33,000 nt of DNA from Neoechinorhynchus agilis. Its lineage: Eukaryota > Animalia > Acanthocephala. The DNA lies in NCBI GenBank assembly GCA_051530055.1, contig CM121341.1, forward strand, positions 19,167,784-19,200,783, in the 5' to 3' direction. The translations under genes were made by a program, and so were the position numbers. The first letter of the stretch is position 1; the number at the start of each line of letters is the position of its first letter. This document shows, in pieces, positions 10,844 to 22,130 of this stretch. The notes beneath the pieces are model-generated. The model worked only from the letters and a program-made list of their open reading frames with translations, made no database searches and was not told the origin of the DNA.

Positions 10844-13073
10844 ATGATTAATTCGAAACGGTGTTGCCGATCTCCGTTCCGCGTGACATTTCGTCAAACG
10901 GTATTATTTGTTATTTGTGGATACATTGCAATAGTTGTGTACTGCTTACTGGCATTTCCAAAAAAGGGCAATGGCCCAAGTATTTCTGAGATCGAAAGCC
11001 CTTTTCTTAATCGAATACAGGAGTTGGAAAGTGAGTTAAGAGATGCACGACGTGAACGCGCTCACTCACTTCCATCGCCAATTGACCCCACGATCGGTGA
11101 ATGGAGTCGCCGTGTCGACTTTTATACCAGCGAAGTCATTTATTATCTCCAGAATCAACAAAAAACAGGCGATGAAGTCTTTCGAAAAGCATTGCCCCAT
11201 CGACTTCTGAGCTTGAATAATCGTTGACTCCTGGAGTTCTGCGTCTATAACGGAGTATCGATTAATGAAGGCAGCTCAGCGGAATCTTCACTCACGATTG
11301 TATTCGTCCGCATATTCTTCTACTTTATTAAACATTTCGAGTCAGATTATAAATAGAATACATCATCTACAGTATCAACCCGATCCATGTCCAAGAACCA
11401 TTCAGTGTGACCTCAATAAAGGATGCGGATTTGCCTGTCAAATTCACCACCTTGGCCACTGTTTTCTTATCGCGTTCGCAACGAAAAGGTACTTTCTTCT
11501 CAAATCTTCTGGTTGGCAATATGACTCGATCGGGTTCGAACACGTATTTGAACCACTTGGGAAAATCTTGACCTGTACCGCGAAGGGAGTGCCATATGAT
11601 GGAACAATGAAAGCGGATCACATCAATGTTCCCATAATTGATTTTATAAACCCACGGACTGAATTCTTGCCAATGGCAGTGCCCAAAACTGGCGATTATG
11701 ATGCTGACAATCTGATTAGACTTCACGGAAACCCGTTTGCGTACTTAATGGGGCATCTTTTGTCCTTTGCTTTAAGACCTAGTGACAGACTGAAGGAACT
11801 TATTGATAAGAGAAGGCAAACAGTGAAGAATATTGCTCGTGGAGATCCGGTTGTGGGGGTTCATGTCCGGCGATCTGACAAGATCCACGCTGAGGCCTCG
11901 TTCCACCCATTACATGCAAATAGATCCATACATGGGAACCGGATGGGAAAATTGCTGAAATTCAACGAACCACAAGCCAGCTCATTAAAATAGAATGGCT
12001 TTCAATTCTTGTTTTATCGAAATTTAGACAGTAGTGCAGCTGCACGTTAGTAGCTAAGGAAAAGTCTTAAAAGGACGATGAATATGCAAAAGGTTTCTCA
12101 ATAAGTCGTTTATTTATTCGTCCAAAAAGTACTGTATTTCCAATTTATGTTCTTGTTAGTATTGATTTCTTCGATGATTCCACAGTTTAACTCTTTATCT
12201 CTGAAATTTATCTTAATAGTGTTTTAGGTGATAAAATTCCAAGCATGCCGGATTTTTGAAACATTTACTCAATTTTTCTAGGCACCAAGTGTTCAAAAAC
12301 GAACCCACGTTTAGAGTCTACCTAAATGATACTCCTTGACCAACAACGTTGATTGCTGAGGCCAGAATGTCCATTTTTGTGAATTCTACTAGCGCATACG
12401 TCCACGTGGTCTATTTCTTAGGTTTTGGTCTTTAGCCAAGGCTTGCCCTACCAATGGATCCTTTTGAATCGAAGAGTACATGCAACACGTTGATGAATTC
12501 TTTTCACTACATCAAGTGTTCATGGAACCGATTAAAAATTCAAAGCGGACTGTATATATTATGAGCGATGATCCTAAGGTCCTCGAGAATTCTAACGCGG
12601 ATAGCTACAACTTTGTGTTCGATGTTGAAGCTGCCAAAACGGGTCAATCTCCGGAAATTCGGTATAATACAAAAGCGCTGGATGCTTTGGTGGTCGATAT
12701 AACCATAATGGCCGAATGCGACTATTTGGTATGCACATTTTCGTCACAGATCTGTCGCTTGATATATGAACTCATGCTGTTCAATCGCAGAGATGAAGAT
12801 GCATCCTGGAGGTTCACATCACTTGACGATATCTACTACTATGGGGGTCAAAATCCCCATCATGTCAAAGCAAGATTTATTCACGAAGCAGTTACCGATT
12901 CGGAGATTGACATCGAAGTTGGTGATATGATTGGATTGGCTGGCAACCATTGGAACGGGTACTCGGTAGGAACCAACACACGAACGCAACTCGTGGGACT
13001 CTTTCCTTCTTACAAATGCGATGAAATTGTGCGAATAGTGATAGCAAATCAAACTATTAGCGGTGTGTTGTGA
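10844..13073 (+). CDS. FUT8: Alpha-(1,6)-fucosyltransferase; exons about 10844-11215, 11265-11912 and 12471-13073
   Basis: Type II TM segment and coiled stem, CDLNKGCGFACQIHH, VVGVHVRRSDK.AEASFHP, YMQHVDEF, VYIMSDDP, LVCTFSSQICRLIYELM, SLDDIYYYGGQ and a C-terminal SH3 (AGNHWNGYS..GLFPSYK). Confidence 0.95.
11216..11264 (+). other. Hairpin intron candidate 1 in FUT8 (49 nt)
   Basis: TTG|AATAATCGTTGACTCC...GGAGTATCGATTA|ATG, with arms TAATCG..ACTCC / GGAGT..CGATTA. Removal restores the 36-residue spacing to the YLQ-like motif. A weak GT-AG alternative (11223-11274) gives a protein one residue shorter. Confidence 0.6.
11913..12470 (+). other. Inverted-repeat-bounded non-GT-AG intron 2 in FUT8 (558 nt)
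   Basis: FHPL|EEYMQHV matches the conserved FHPIEEYMVHV. CAAATAGATCCAT (11917-11929) pairs with ATGGATCCTTTTG (12454-12466) at 11/13. No in-phase GT-AG pair was found that keeps the motif. Confidence 0.8.
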
Positions 13074-13180
13074 TTATATCAAAAAAAAGGGATTCTGTAC
13101 TTTAAATTTGAATGCTTTTTAACTTAAAAACATTCGAGCGACGTGTGAATGAACTCAAAGACTGAAATTCAGGCAACATT

Positions 13181-14390
13181 TCATTTTTCTGTTGAAGGAC
13201 AGTCCTCCAAATCACTAACCGTCATCATCAGTATTTCAACTCCCGTTTGTGACGAGAGCGCGATTACCGAACATTTCGAGTGAACTATCGTACACCTGAG
13301 ATTCTGATAAGTATCGTCGTTGTGAGCAATCGGTTGTAAAGTTTTATAATTGTGGCCGGTCTTTCCTTTTTGTCGTATTTCGTAGTATCGTAGCGTCTAC
13401 TGTTTTCAATCGATAAGTTAATGGGATAGAACCAAAGGGGAAATATTTTCAAAGACGCTCACACGAAACTTCCTTATTTGGTAGAAGCATACGATTTCGC
13501 TTATAAGTAGTTTCTTTTTAAAGGAATGGGAGCTTTTAAATTTCCCAAACAAGTCCAATCATAAACGTCTTCATTGGGCGAATCTACTGATCTTAAATGT
13601 AGACCACTTCGTAAAGCGTTGCTGTATACGATCGATCCGATGAATGCAGAATAGGAAGTTAGCAGGCGAGTGTAGATCTGAGACAGGGACAGCGGTCGAG
13701 ATGAAGCCATAGACATTTTCAATTCCAGTTCACCTATTTCGACAAGTCGAATGGCTTCTTCGGCCCTTAGACGATGCCCTTTTCGTTTCCTTTGAAAACA
13801 ACGCACGCAATTCGGCTGTATGTCCGGTTCAATTACTCCCAAGCTCGAATTGGAAAGATGAGCTTTTCTCGACTTTTTAACAAACGCAGAATGGACATCA
13901 GTAGTCAGATCATCTTCGTTACACGATCGGATATTTCGAAATCGCTTCATGAGGGAGATAAACGGATCTTCAATAAGGTTTCGGAAAACACGCTATGGAA
14001 ATTTAAATATTTCTACCAACAGCACTTTTTATACCAAATCAGATTCGACCAATTCCTTTTGAGACTGGTTGCAAAAGACGACAATGAACCGATTCTGGTG
14101 ACAACCCGACCACCAAGTGTTGCAGGTTTTTTCCGTTTTCGGATAAAACCTTTTTAACTTACTCTTTTTCAAAAAGAATTTCAAACTTCGATTTCGGCAC
14201 TGCAGAGTTATGTCAAACTCCAATGACTTAAGTAGAACTATGTCGCTAGTCTATTTAATAAGTTGATAAATACTCAACATACAAAATAGAATATATTCTT
14301 TGGGAGGCAAAATTCACTGCAGCGGTGGTCGCATCTCAATTTTAAAACCGAACGCAAGCACAAGATCTCGAATCTTTTAGAAATCTAATA
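13181..14390 (-). CDS. Multi-exon protein of uncertain identity (faint recalled resemblance to DCAF15); boundaries approximate
   Basis: Open segments are joined by short GT-AG introns (ESDL|RVFRNL; IFYF|TSDIV). CNTWWSG..RFIVVF and LLTSYS recall DCAF15 VCEWPS..KVIVFG and LLNTSYS. The 3' exon structure is unresolved. Confidence 0.4.
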
Positions 14391-14674
14391 TATAAATGAA
14401 GATACTGGTAAACAATAATGAAGCGTAGCCGGTGAATTGGCGAAAAAGGCACCGCCGAAAAGAAAGGAAAAATACAAATGTCTTCAACCATCACTCTACA
14501 TTTTAAAAAGCTATCTCGCCGCCGGAACGATTTCTCTCGGTGATTAATATATCGCTGAAATCCGACACATAGTCATTGTGACGTCAATTTAGTTCTCAGT
14601 CATTCTTTCCGCTTGCAAAGATTCAGTGACATTCTTTTTCTGTATGGATAATATTTTTTCTCGTGATTGGACGA

Positions 14675-17600
14675 ATGCGCCGTTCAAGTACTCTGCATCG
14701 TACTTCTACGACTAAGATTGGCTCTCAACTATTTGCCAGCAAACGAGCGTTTTCCCCTCTGGATGAGGAGAATCGATGCAAACAGTCTTGTCCTGTGTCC
14801 TTAGAGGACCGAATAAAGAATCTGAAGCGTGAATTTAACGAATCCGATCTGATTGAACTTATGAAAGCGGTAAGCATTGATTTGGATGAGGACCTGTGCT
14901 TTTCCATTGAATCGATTGCCGTAGAAAAGAGTGATCGTAAGCGAGAGTTGGCGGACGATTCAAGCTGTTGGCCATTGCTTCGAGCTAAACTATTAGCGAG
15001 TGTGATTGATCCATCCGTGAGACTATCAGATATTGACCTCGTGTCTCCGGATGTTTTAATCGAGAACCAAGAACTCGTTAAACATCCTTTGATGATTGAG
15101 TCGTTACTTGCCAAATGGACTAGTCAGGATGATTTGTTTGTTCTTTTTGGAATCTGTGCCCGTCACCGCGTTTACCCGTCTTCTATTTGGTCGGAGATTC
15201 AGAGACAAGAAGGAGATGAAGCCGTCGAAGCGCTCATTCTATTCACTTTAAATCATGATCCAGAATTCGGAGCTGCAATTCTTAAAAAGTCGATCAAGTG
15301 TGGATGTGACAATGAAAGAGAGTTTGCATTCACACTTAGCGCTCTAGGAAACCTTACAAGTTTTAGGAATATTGTATCTAGGAAACTTGAATCATTCAAT
15401 ATTACTTCTGCTCCTTTGTGGATAAAGGAAATTCTCAAGCGAGATTATGCTGAAATCGATGTGAAAAACTGCGTTAGATTGGCCGCTAAGCTACTTCCTG
15501 TAAGGCTTACTGCAAAGAACGTCAGCCAGTGTTATTGGGCAAGAATTTCGTACGTTTCTTTGACTCTGAACTTTCATAAAAAAATCACGAATTGTGTGTT
15601 CAATGCCAAAATAATATGTGAAAGTGGGGAAAATTATATATCCAAGAATCACTTTAATTATTGCTTGTAACTTATTACAAGCAATAATTGACTGAAGAGG
15701 TCTAGCGTGATTGGACGAAATATTTCAATTAAAGTGATTCTTTGATATATAATTTTCCCCACTTTCACATACTCATAGATTTTATCTTTAGCCAAAATAA
15801 TAGTTTCTTTTTAGATTCTATAGAATATTCCAATCTCTTTTTTCCATCTATTTACGTACCTGACGTTCATTGTACTACGGATTTTCTGATGGATCTCCTA
15901 GACGCCGGAAACGTGAATCATGTGGCACTGTTTGAATTTATTCACGCTTCTCTCATGGCGATAGAATCTTATCGTGATCAAAATTCAATCGGGTCATTTT
16001 TGTGTCATTTGGTCAATCGCTGTCAATCACCAGCGCCAATGGAGCTCATTTGTTATTTGTTCAAGAAGTGCCCTCTTATTCTCAATCCGCACGTTGACAG
16101 CATCTTTTGTGTACGGTTCGAGGAACTTACTATAAACGTCCCGATTGAGCAGCCTAAATTCATTTGTGCACTTGAACACATGATGGCGAACAGTTCGGTA
16201 ATGCGTAAAGTCGTCTTCGACTCAATAAAAACGAGCTTGTTCGAATCAGACAGGCGCCCGTTTGCTACAAGTGCACTTCTGTGCCTTCTTCGCCATGTCA
16301 AACTTCTGGCTTCGAGTGTCATTCCCTCTTCATACGCCTCGCAAATCGTCTCAATCAGCAGCCAGTACACGAGCCAATCGAACTGTAATGTCGCCCTGTG
16401 CCTCAGTGCAATTGATTCTCTTCGAAGAAGCCTCAAAGCTGGAGGATTGTCCGATCCAAAAACAATGCTATACGTTTCAGAGTATCTCCCTAGAGTCCAT
16501 AAACAGAATTCTTATCTAGCTAACGCTCTATATTCCCTTTTAGCCGATCTGCTGGAACAAATTGAAGACGACGGACATTGCTACGCGCTTCTTGTAAAAA
16601 CGGCTGCATCGTGTATTGAAACCGTCTCGAACTCTGATTGTTCCTATAAGCGACTGTGTGCCATTCTTAAAGATATTGAGCAAAAGGCTTTTGCCGACGA
16701 CCGAACCTTCAAGTCTCTATGTGACAGCCTTATTGATGTTACCCTAAAACAAGGCAGATCCATCAACGCCCTTGTGCATAAACGAGATTTCCTCTTAAAT
16801 GAACAACCTGAGTTGTCCAGCGAATCACTGGAAATTTCGTTAAATCTCTTAATCAGCGAAAACAGCCACCTAAGCTAACAATTCTCAACAAACGCGGATC
16901 CTCCTTCTGAAAAAAGAAAATATCGTTCTTACACCATCCCTTTATTTAAGTTATCGATTTTAACTGCCTGAAAAAGGAAATAATCAAACGAAGACGTTTT
17001 TATTCTCGTCTTTTGACGATTAGTCCACCTTCCTCGACTCTGCTTCTTCTTTTGCGCAATATCCGTTGACGTCTTCTTCGTCCTCTTCATGTACGCTCCC
17101 TTCGTCGTCATCGGCCAAGAAATACTGGAGAGGATTAATGTAGACATCATCCTTTATGGCATCGCCAATACTATCGGATCCCATTTCACTTTCCCCCAGA
17201 AACCAAGCGAAAAATCCACAATTAACGTCGTCCACTGGGACAAACGTGTCCGCGTGGCTGCGTTTTCTACTATCAATGCCCAAATCACCACCTCCTTCCA
17301 TAAAATTCTTTCCTTCTTTCCATTGAACATGGCAACGCTTCGTATTTGGTGGATCATCGAGCCTGTAAATCTTTAAGAGCGTGGAATTCTCGAAAAACGG
17401 ATTCTCGTCAAATACAAGCTTAACGGTGTATCCCACACGCACATCTTCCTCTACCTCTAGCCTCCTTAGATACTTTATAACCTCCTCGTCCTGTTCCTCG
17501 ATAACGCTGGCGATCTGAGGATGATTTATTAGAACCGTCGGCCAGAACATTGGAATTCTTGAAAGGACATCATCCCGCGTTTTGTAATAAGGAGCTCGCA

Positions 17601-19031
17601 ACTTCACATATTTGGCTTCCAACTTCAGAATTTCGTCACTAGCTTCGTCGTTCAATTTGTCGAGCTCAGTTTGACTCTTGTCCGCTTCCTTAAGTAGTGC
17701 TTCGTACTCACTTTCGTCCATCTTTGTCTGTTTCGGAGGATTCATCAACGTCAAGGACGAGATCGGCGGTAGTTTATCGTGTAGCCAAACGGAACACGAT
17801 ACTTCACAGATCCGTTTGCAATTCTTTCGAATTTACGCTTTTGGCGCGCTAAAAGCAACACCAAAAACGTGTTACGTAAGCAAAGTTGGTGCTTTTGTCG
17901 CTTCTAAACTGAACATTTTTTGTACTCTACAACAAATAATATTCTCTTGTTGCTGAGAATTGCTTTTAGTCTATCAGAACCATGTCGATGGTATTTTCAA
18001 AGGGCTCTTCTCCGATCTAAACCTAATCAACGCCAAAGTTCAATTCTTATTGAATTCGCTGAGAATATTCTGAGTACTAGCCGTTATCAAACGTTTTGGT
18101 TAAACCTTATGAAACATTGCTCTCTGAGTGTCGGATCCACAGGAATTCCTTTGCCACTCTTAAAAAGAGCGTTCGATGAAAACCCGGAGTGTCGCAGAGC
18201 TTTGCTTGAACTCCTCGCATCCCAAAAAGAATTTGACAAGGATGTTGCTATTTGGATCGAAGAAATCTTTGAAAACTACATTAAACTTGACATTGACGAC
18301 GACCTCAAACATTTGGCTACCACCGCCAAATTGACCGTGGATCTTTACCCCTTTGATACAATTTTGCGTATCATTCAACTTCCATCGCCTAACTGTGAGT
18401 TTGTCAACAAGCAACTAGAATCTTTCTTACAATCACTTCAGTCTTATGAAAACTCAACACTGTTCCAAAATGCAAACGAATCTCATCTAAGCCAACAAAT
18501 AGTTTCCATAGCGAATTGTGTGGATGAATGGGCTCAAATCGAATGTGCCAATATTCGTGTTGCTGTCGGAAAAGCTAAAGCTATCCTGAGATTTTATCAA
18601 TTCATGCACAAATTTGTTATTGTTGGCGATTTCGTTGGTGGGATATATATTTGATATCTTATTAAACTGATTGACTTAAATTACTAAACGAAATTTCCTT
18701 CTCTACTTCCTCTAATTTGTCCAATTTTTTAATTGACAGTGCAGCCAAAGCGACTGGATCTCACTTACAAACAAGTATGGCTTCTTTTATTCTTGCAGTT
18801 CAGACTTTGGACAATAGTCGAAAGCCGCAAACAGTTAAAAGGACAAGATCTCGTGTCAACAAAGTTGTCAATCAGACTCAGTTGGCTAGAGTGATACCGC
18901 AGATTGTCCACGCGATGGAATCGTACGAAACGGCTCTTGTTGCTCTCAGCAAAAAGCGATCGATTAATTTCCTTCGCTATTTCAAACTGACTCCTTCGAG
19001 AGATTTCCGCATTGATAAGAATCAGATATGA
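14675..19031 (+). CDS. FANCI: Fanconi anemia group I protein; four coding segments
   Basis: LILFTLNHDPEFGAAILKK, FAFTLSAL, CLSAIDSLRRSL..MLY..NSYLAN, and the C-terminal TGSHL..IPQIVHAMESYE..LSKK..FKLTPSRDFRI (human SGSHL..IPNLIFAIEQYE..LSKK..KLSTSRDFKI). Confidence 0.88.
15615..15771. mobile_element. Foldback/MITE-like element inside the first FANCI interruption
   Basis: 45-bp terminal inverted repeats (15615-15659 / 15727-15771, 44/45 identical). Internal perfect 15-bp hairpin at 15656-15689. GCCAAAATAATA is repeated at 15605 and 15791. Confidence 0.75.
16873..17973 (+). other. 1101-nt FANCI intron with terminal inverted repeats and CTA direct repeats; hosts the SET gene
   Basis: CAC CTA|AGCTAACAATTCTCA...TGAGAATTGCTTTTAGT CTA|TCA, with CAATTCTCA (16879-16887) / TGAGAATTG (17954-17962). 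A GT-AG alternative (16839-17969) exists but drops 10 residues. Confidence 0.6.
17020..17745 (-). CDS. SET: SET/TAF-I-like NAP-family histone chaperone, intronless, nested antisense in FANCI
   Basis: Q.ELDKLNDEASDEILKLEAKYVKLRAPYY..R..V..RIPMFWPTVLINHPQI, LEVEE, F.ENPFFEN.TL.K, I.WKEGK, FFAWF, IGDAIKDDVYINPLQYFL and an acidic tail. Confidence 0.9.
   Translation of the reverse strand: MNPPKQTKMDESEYEALLKEADKSQTELDKLNDEASDEILKLEAKYVKLRAPYYKTRDDVLSRIPMFWPTVLINHPQIASVIEEQDEEVIKYLRRLEVEEDVRVGYTVKLVFDENPFFENSTLLKIYRLDDPPNTKRCHVQWKEGKNFMEGGGDLGIDSRKRSHADTFVPVDDVNCGFFAWFLGESEMGSDSIGDAIKDDVYINPLQYFLADDDEGSVHEEDEEDVNGYCAKEEAESRKVD
18628..18695 (+). other. Hairpin intron candidate 3 in FANCI (about 68 nt; exact ends uncertain by several nt)
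   Basis: A frame change is required between YQFMHK.. and ..LSNFLIDSAAKATGSHL. ATTTCGTT (18629-18636) pairs with AACGAAAT (18687-18694). The only nearby AG (18738-18739) has no in-phase GT donor nearby. Confidence 0.55.
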
Positions 19032-19411
19032 ATTCATAAAGGTATTTGTGGGATTTTAGAACTTAATACCCTCTTTGCGTTCAATGGATTCTTGTTTAAT
19101 TTAAAGCAGACTTCTACAAGATATCCTTATTATAGGCTTATTTGAGGATGTGATTCTGAGCAGTATCGTGTTCCGTTTTCATCACCAGTTAATTTCATAA
19201 TACAAGAGACTAAGCTGAGCCATATTTCCTGAACTCCTTATGCTTTATTGTTGAACCACGTTTACGTTTTAAGTGCGCTTACGCCAAACCTTTTTCGCGG
19301 GAAGGCGGTTCGTTTCTACAAATGCGGACTTTTCCAGTTTGAACGGCACGATAGTGCATTTTTTGATCATTGAGAGTCTCCACTAAGGCATGAACCCTTC
19401 TTTTGCAGACA

Positions 19412-21836
19412 ATGTCGCATGTTCTGGATAATGGTCTTCAAATGAAACCGTTCAGTGTTGAGACATTGATTGAGAATATTATATACCATGAGACAGGGGG
19501 TGGAAATTCAGAAGATAGCGACCCTCTTGTGATGGAGAGTCTCTTTATTTCAACGATATCGGCACTCAAATTTAGACTAGAAAACGTTCGTCGGCGTAGG
19601 GAAGAGCTTGAAAAAGAGACCGCGGCTCAACGAAAGGAGCTAATGAAGCTTTGCAGTGGCAACAATGAGCAAAATAACACTTGTCTAGCAGAACTTACTG
19701 ATTTAGATGAACGAATTAACTTCGTTGCTACAAAAGTTAATCACATGAGTCATCAACTTAATACCCGGAGCAGTCCTAGGAATGCCCTTGCAAAAGTACG
19801 AGCCGCTGGTCAATTCATGTTACACCTAAAGGAGCGAAATAATATCGACGATACAAGTGGTGGCAATCAAGGCAGTGCAATCGTTGACGATATCGGAAAT
19901 CCTTTTGATGATCCGATTGACAAATTACGACCGCTTGCTTGTGATTACAAGTCTGAATTTTTGCATAATTATAGTTTTATCAAATTTTTGTCTAATGAGT
20001 ACCGACGTCAATGCAGTTGTACTTCCAAAAATGCTCGAAAGCTTTGCATAAGAACGTTTTTGCACCCTGGTTTGTTGTCTAGAAGCTACTCCTTATGGAA
20101 TGCTTAAATGTCGTATATGATTTGGTCACATTATTTTGTAACTTGCAATCTCAAAAAGCGGTATTAGACGCTGGAACGGTTCAACTGTTGTCGAACATAG
20201 TATCTGACTGTGATCAGTTTGACATTAGTATCCGACAGGCCGTTCATGATCGTGAGAAACAAATTACTGCTGAATTTCTGGCTCGATTTAACGAGGCCAC
20301 CCGTACTAAGGATGCCGTGACCATGAGTCGGTCTTTAGCCAGTCTTTCAAGTGAGAATAAAGATCGGGCAGAACAAATGTTTGTTCAGTACTACGTTGAG
20401 ATGGTTCAGACTCTCGAGGATATAGAGAATGTGATAGCAAAAGCTCATGAGATTGCATTGTCTGCATTTGGTCCTGGCGCAACGGTTGACGGATTGATGG
20501 ACCGTCTTGTAGGTCGTCTGTACAATGAAATCATTGCACACCGATGTCGAAATTGTCTGGAGACTGCTAAGAGGTTTATTCCCTCGGATGACGACAACGA
20601 GGGTCTTGTGGATTTCGTGAAGTTATATACACGGTGTTTGGATTTGAGAGAATCCCTGAAGCAAAAATTAACGCAACGAAGATTAGACGAAATAACTTCA
20701 GTTGTATTCGATCACAGTAGATTGAACGCTTACGCTGACATCGAAGTTAGATGGCTGGAGTACCGTCTTAAGGCTGATTTGACCAACGAAGGTAGTCAAG
20801 AAGTGGCTGCGTCGATTATTGACAGCGCCAAGCAATCAGTGAAGAGATTAGAGCAAATAACTACGCTTGACCGAACTACTCTTTTAGCAGTAGCGAATTC
20901 TGGCATCACAACCTGTTTCGATAAACTCGTCACTTTCATTACTAGCAACTTGCTACTGCCCAGAGCGACTAATAATCGAAATTGGGATGTTCTTAGTGAT
21001 ACCAACAACGTTTTTCAAATGCTTGAACGATATTTGTTTATCCAGGCTCCAATTCAGATGAAATTCTATGTAGTAACTTCATCCATTGAGAAGAAGATGG
21101 AAGCATGTTCAGCTCAGTTAGAGGAGATTTTGTCTGCGAATATCGATAGGCTATTGGATATACTCATCCAGAGAATACGAGTCGTATTGAGCGAGCAAAA
21201 AAAGATCGATTATCGACGTGGATATGCTTCGGACGAAGCGTCGGCTAAGACGGGCGATATGCGGTCGTTGGACGATTAATAGACAGGTCACGCCTTTTCT
21301 GTGAATTTCGTTTGCTACTGTGTTAGTTCGTTCAACGACAGGAAACTCAAACCAGTGAGGAAGATCTTGTAGACATTCAGATTAGTCAAGTCTGTTCGAG
21401 AGTATGCGAGTTGCTCAGAATGGAATCGTTGCAAATAAAATCAGCACTGGATGCAGACAATTTATTGAGTGTTCAAGAAGATCTTGCTTTTAGATTTCAT
21501 AATCTTATTGTTCAGCACATTCATAAATTCGATTATTCTCAAGGCGGAGCAATGACAATGCTTCAAGATATTGGAGAGTACCGACGAATTATAAGCAGTC
21601 ATGTTGCACCAGATTCAAAATTGGCCCACAACCTAATGAATACGACCCAAAGTTTGATGAATTTGTTGGTAGTTCAGCCGGATACACTTGAACAGGTCGT
21701 TATGGAGCAAAGGGATAGTTTAATGGTTAGTGATCATGTTATTGCTTCGTTTGTGAATCTTCGATTGGACCAAAAGACGACTGGTTCGAAGAGACCAGAA
21801 TGGCTGCAGAAAATTACTGGCTTTATGAGAGAATAG
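19412..21836 (+). CDS. EXOC5: Exocyst complex component 5 (Sec10); three coding segments
   Basis: PFSVETLIE, LTDLDERINFVATKVNHMSHQL, EQKKIDY, VCSRVC, LAFRFHNLIVQHI..YSQGGAM..DIGEYR, LMNLLVVQPDTL and ASFVNLRLD. Confidence 0.9.
19928..20166 (+). other. Inverted-repeat-bounded intron candidate 1 in EXOC5 (239 nt) with TTA direct repeat
   Basis: AAA TTA|CGACCGCTTGCTTGTGATTACAAGT...ACTTGCAATCTCAAAAAGCGGTA TTA|GAC, with arms 19930-19952 / 20141-20162 (19 matching positions). A GT-AG alternative (19941-20167) has a purine-rich acceptor. Confidence 0.65.
21262..21341 (+). other. Hairpin intron candidate 2 in EXOC5 (about 80 nt)
   Basis: GTCGTTGGACGA (21264-21275) pairs with TCGTTCAACGAC (21328-21339) at 11/12. 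A frame change is needed here. GT-AG alternatives such as 21264-21355 cannot be excluded. Confidence 0.4.
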
Positions 21837-22130
21837 ATTGAGAATCAGTGGGAATTAGGGAAATATTCACCTCGGCGATTATAGACAGCGCTTTGCTTAA
21901 TATTATCTGAGATTCATGAAAGCTTTTAAATTTCAAGAAAGATGAATCCGTTGGTTTTCGCGATCCGTCGTAACTGAGTCTTGATTTTTATTGGAGATGA
22001 TAATTGTTGGATATTGAATCGTGCACATTCTTACATTTCATAATCAGATTTTGTATTAGATAAAAAAATCCCATCTTCAAGCAAAAGACGTTTTTTTCAA
22101 GGAAATAAAATCGACTCAAAGCATGCACGC

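Noticed and set aside
14725-20541. Antisense or alternative-frame ORFs overlapping FANCI, SET and EXOC5 (for example 14725-15114, 16053-16436, 17089-17376, 20347-20541)
   Set aside because: They are shadows of well-supported coding frames.
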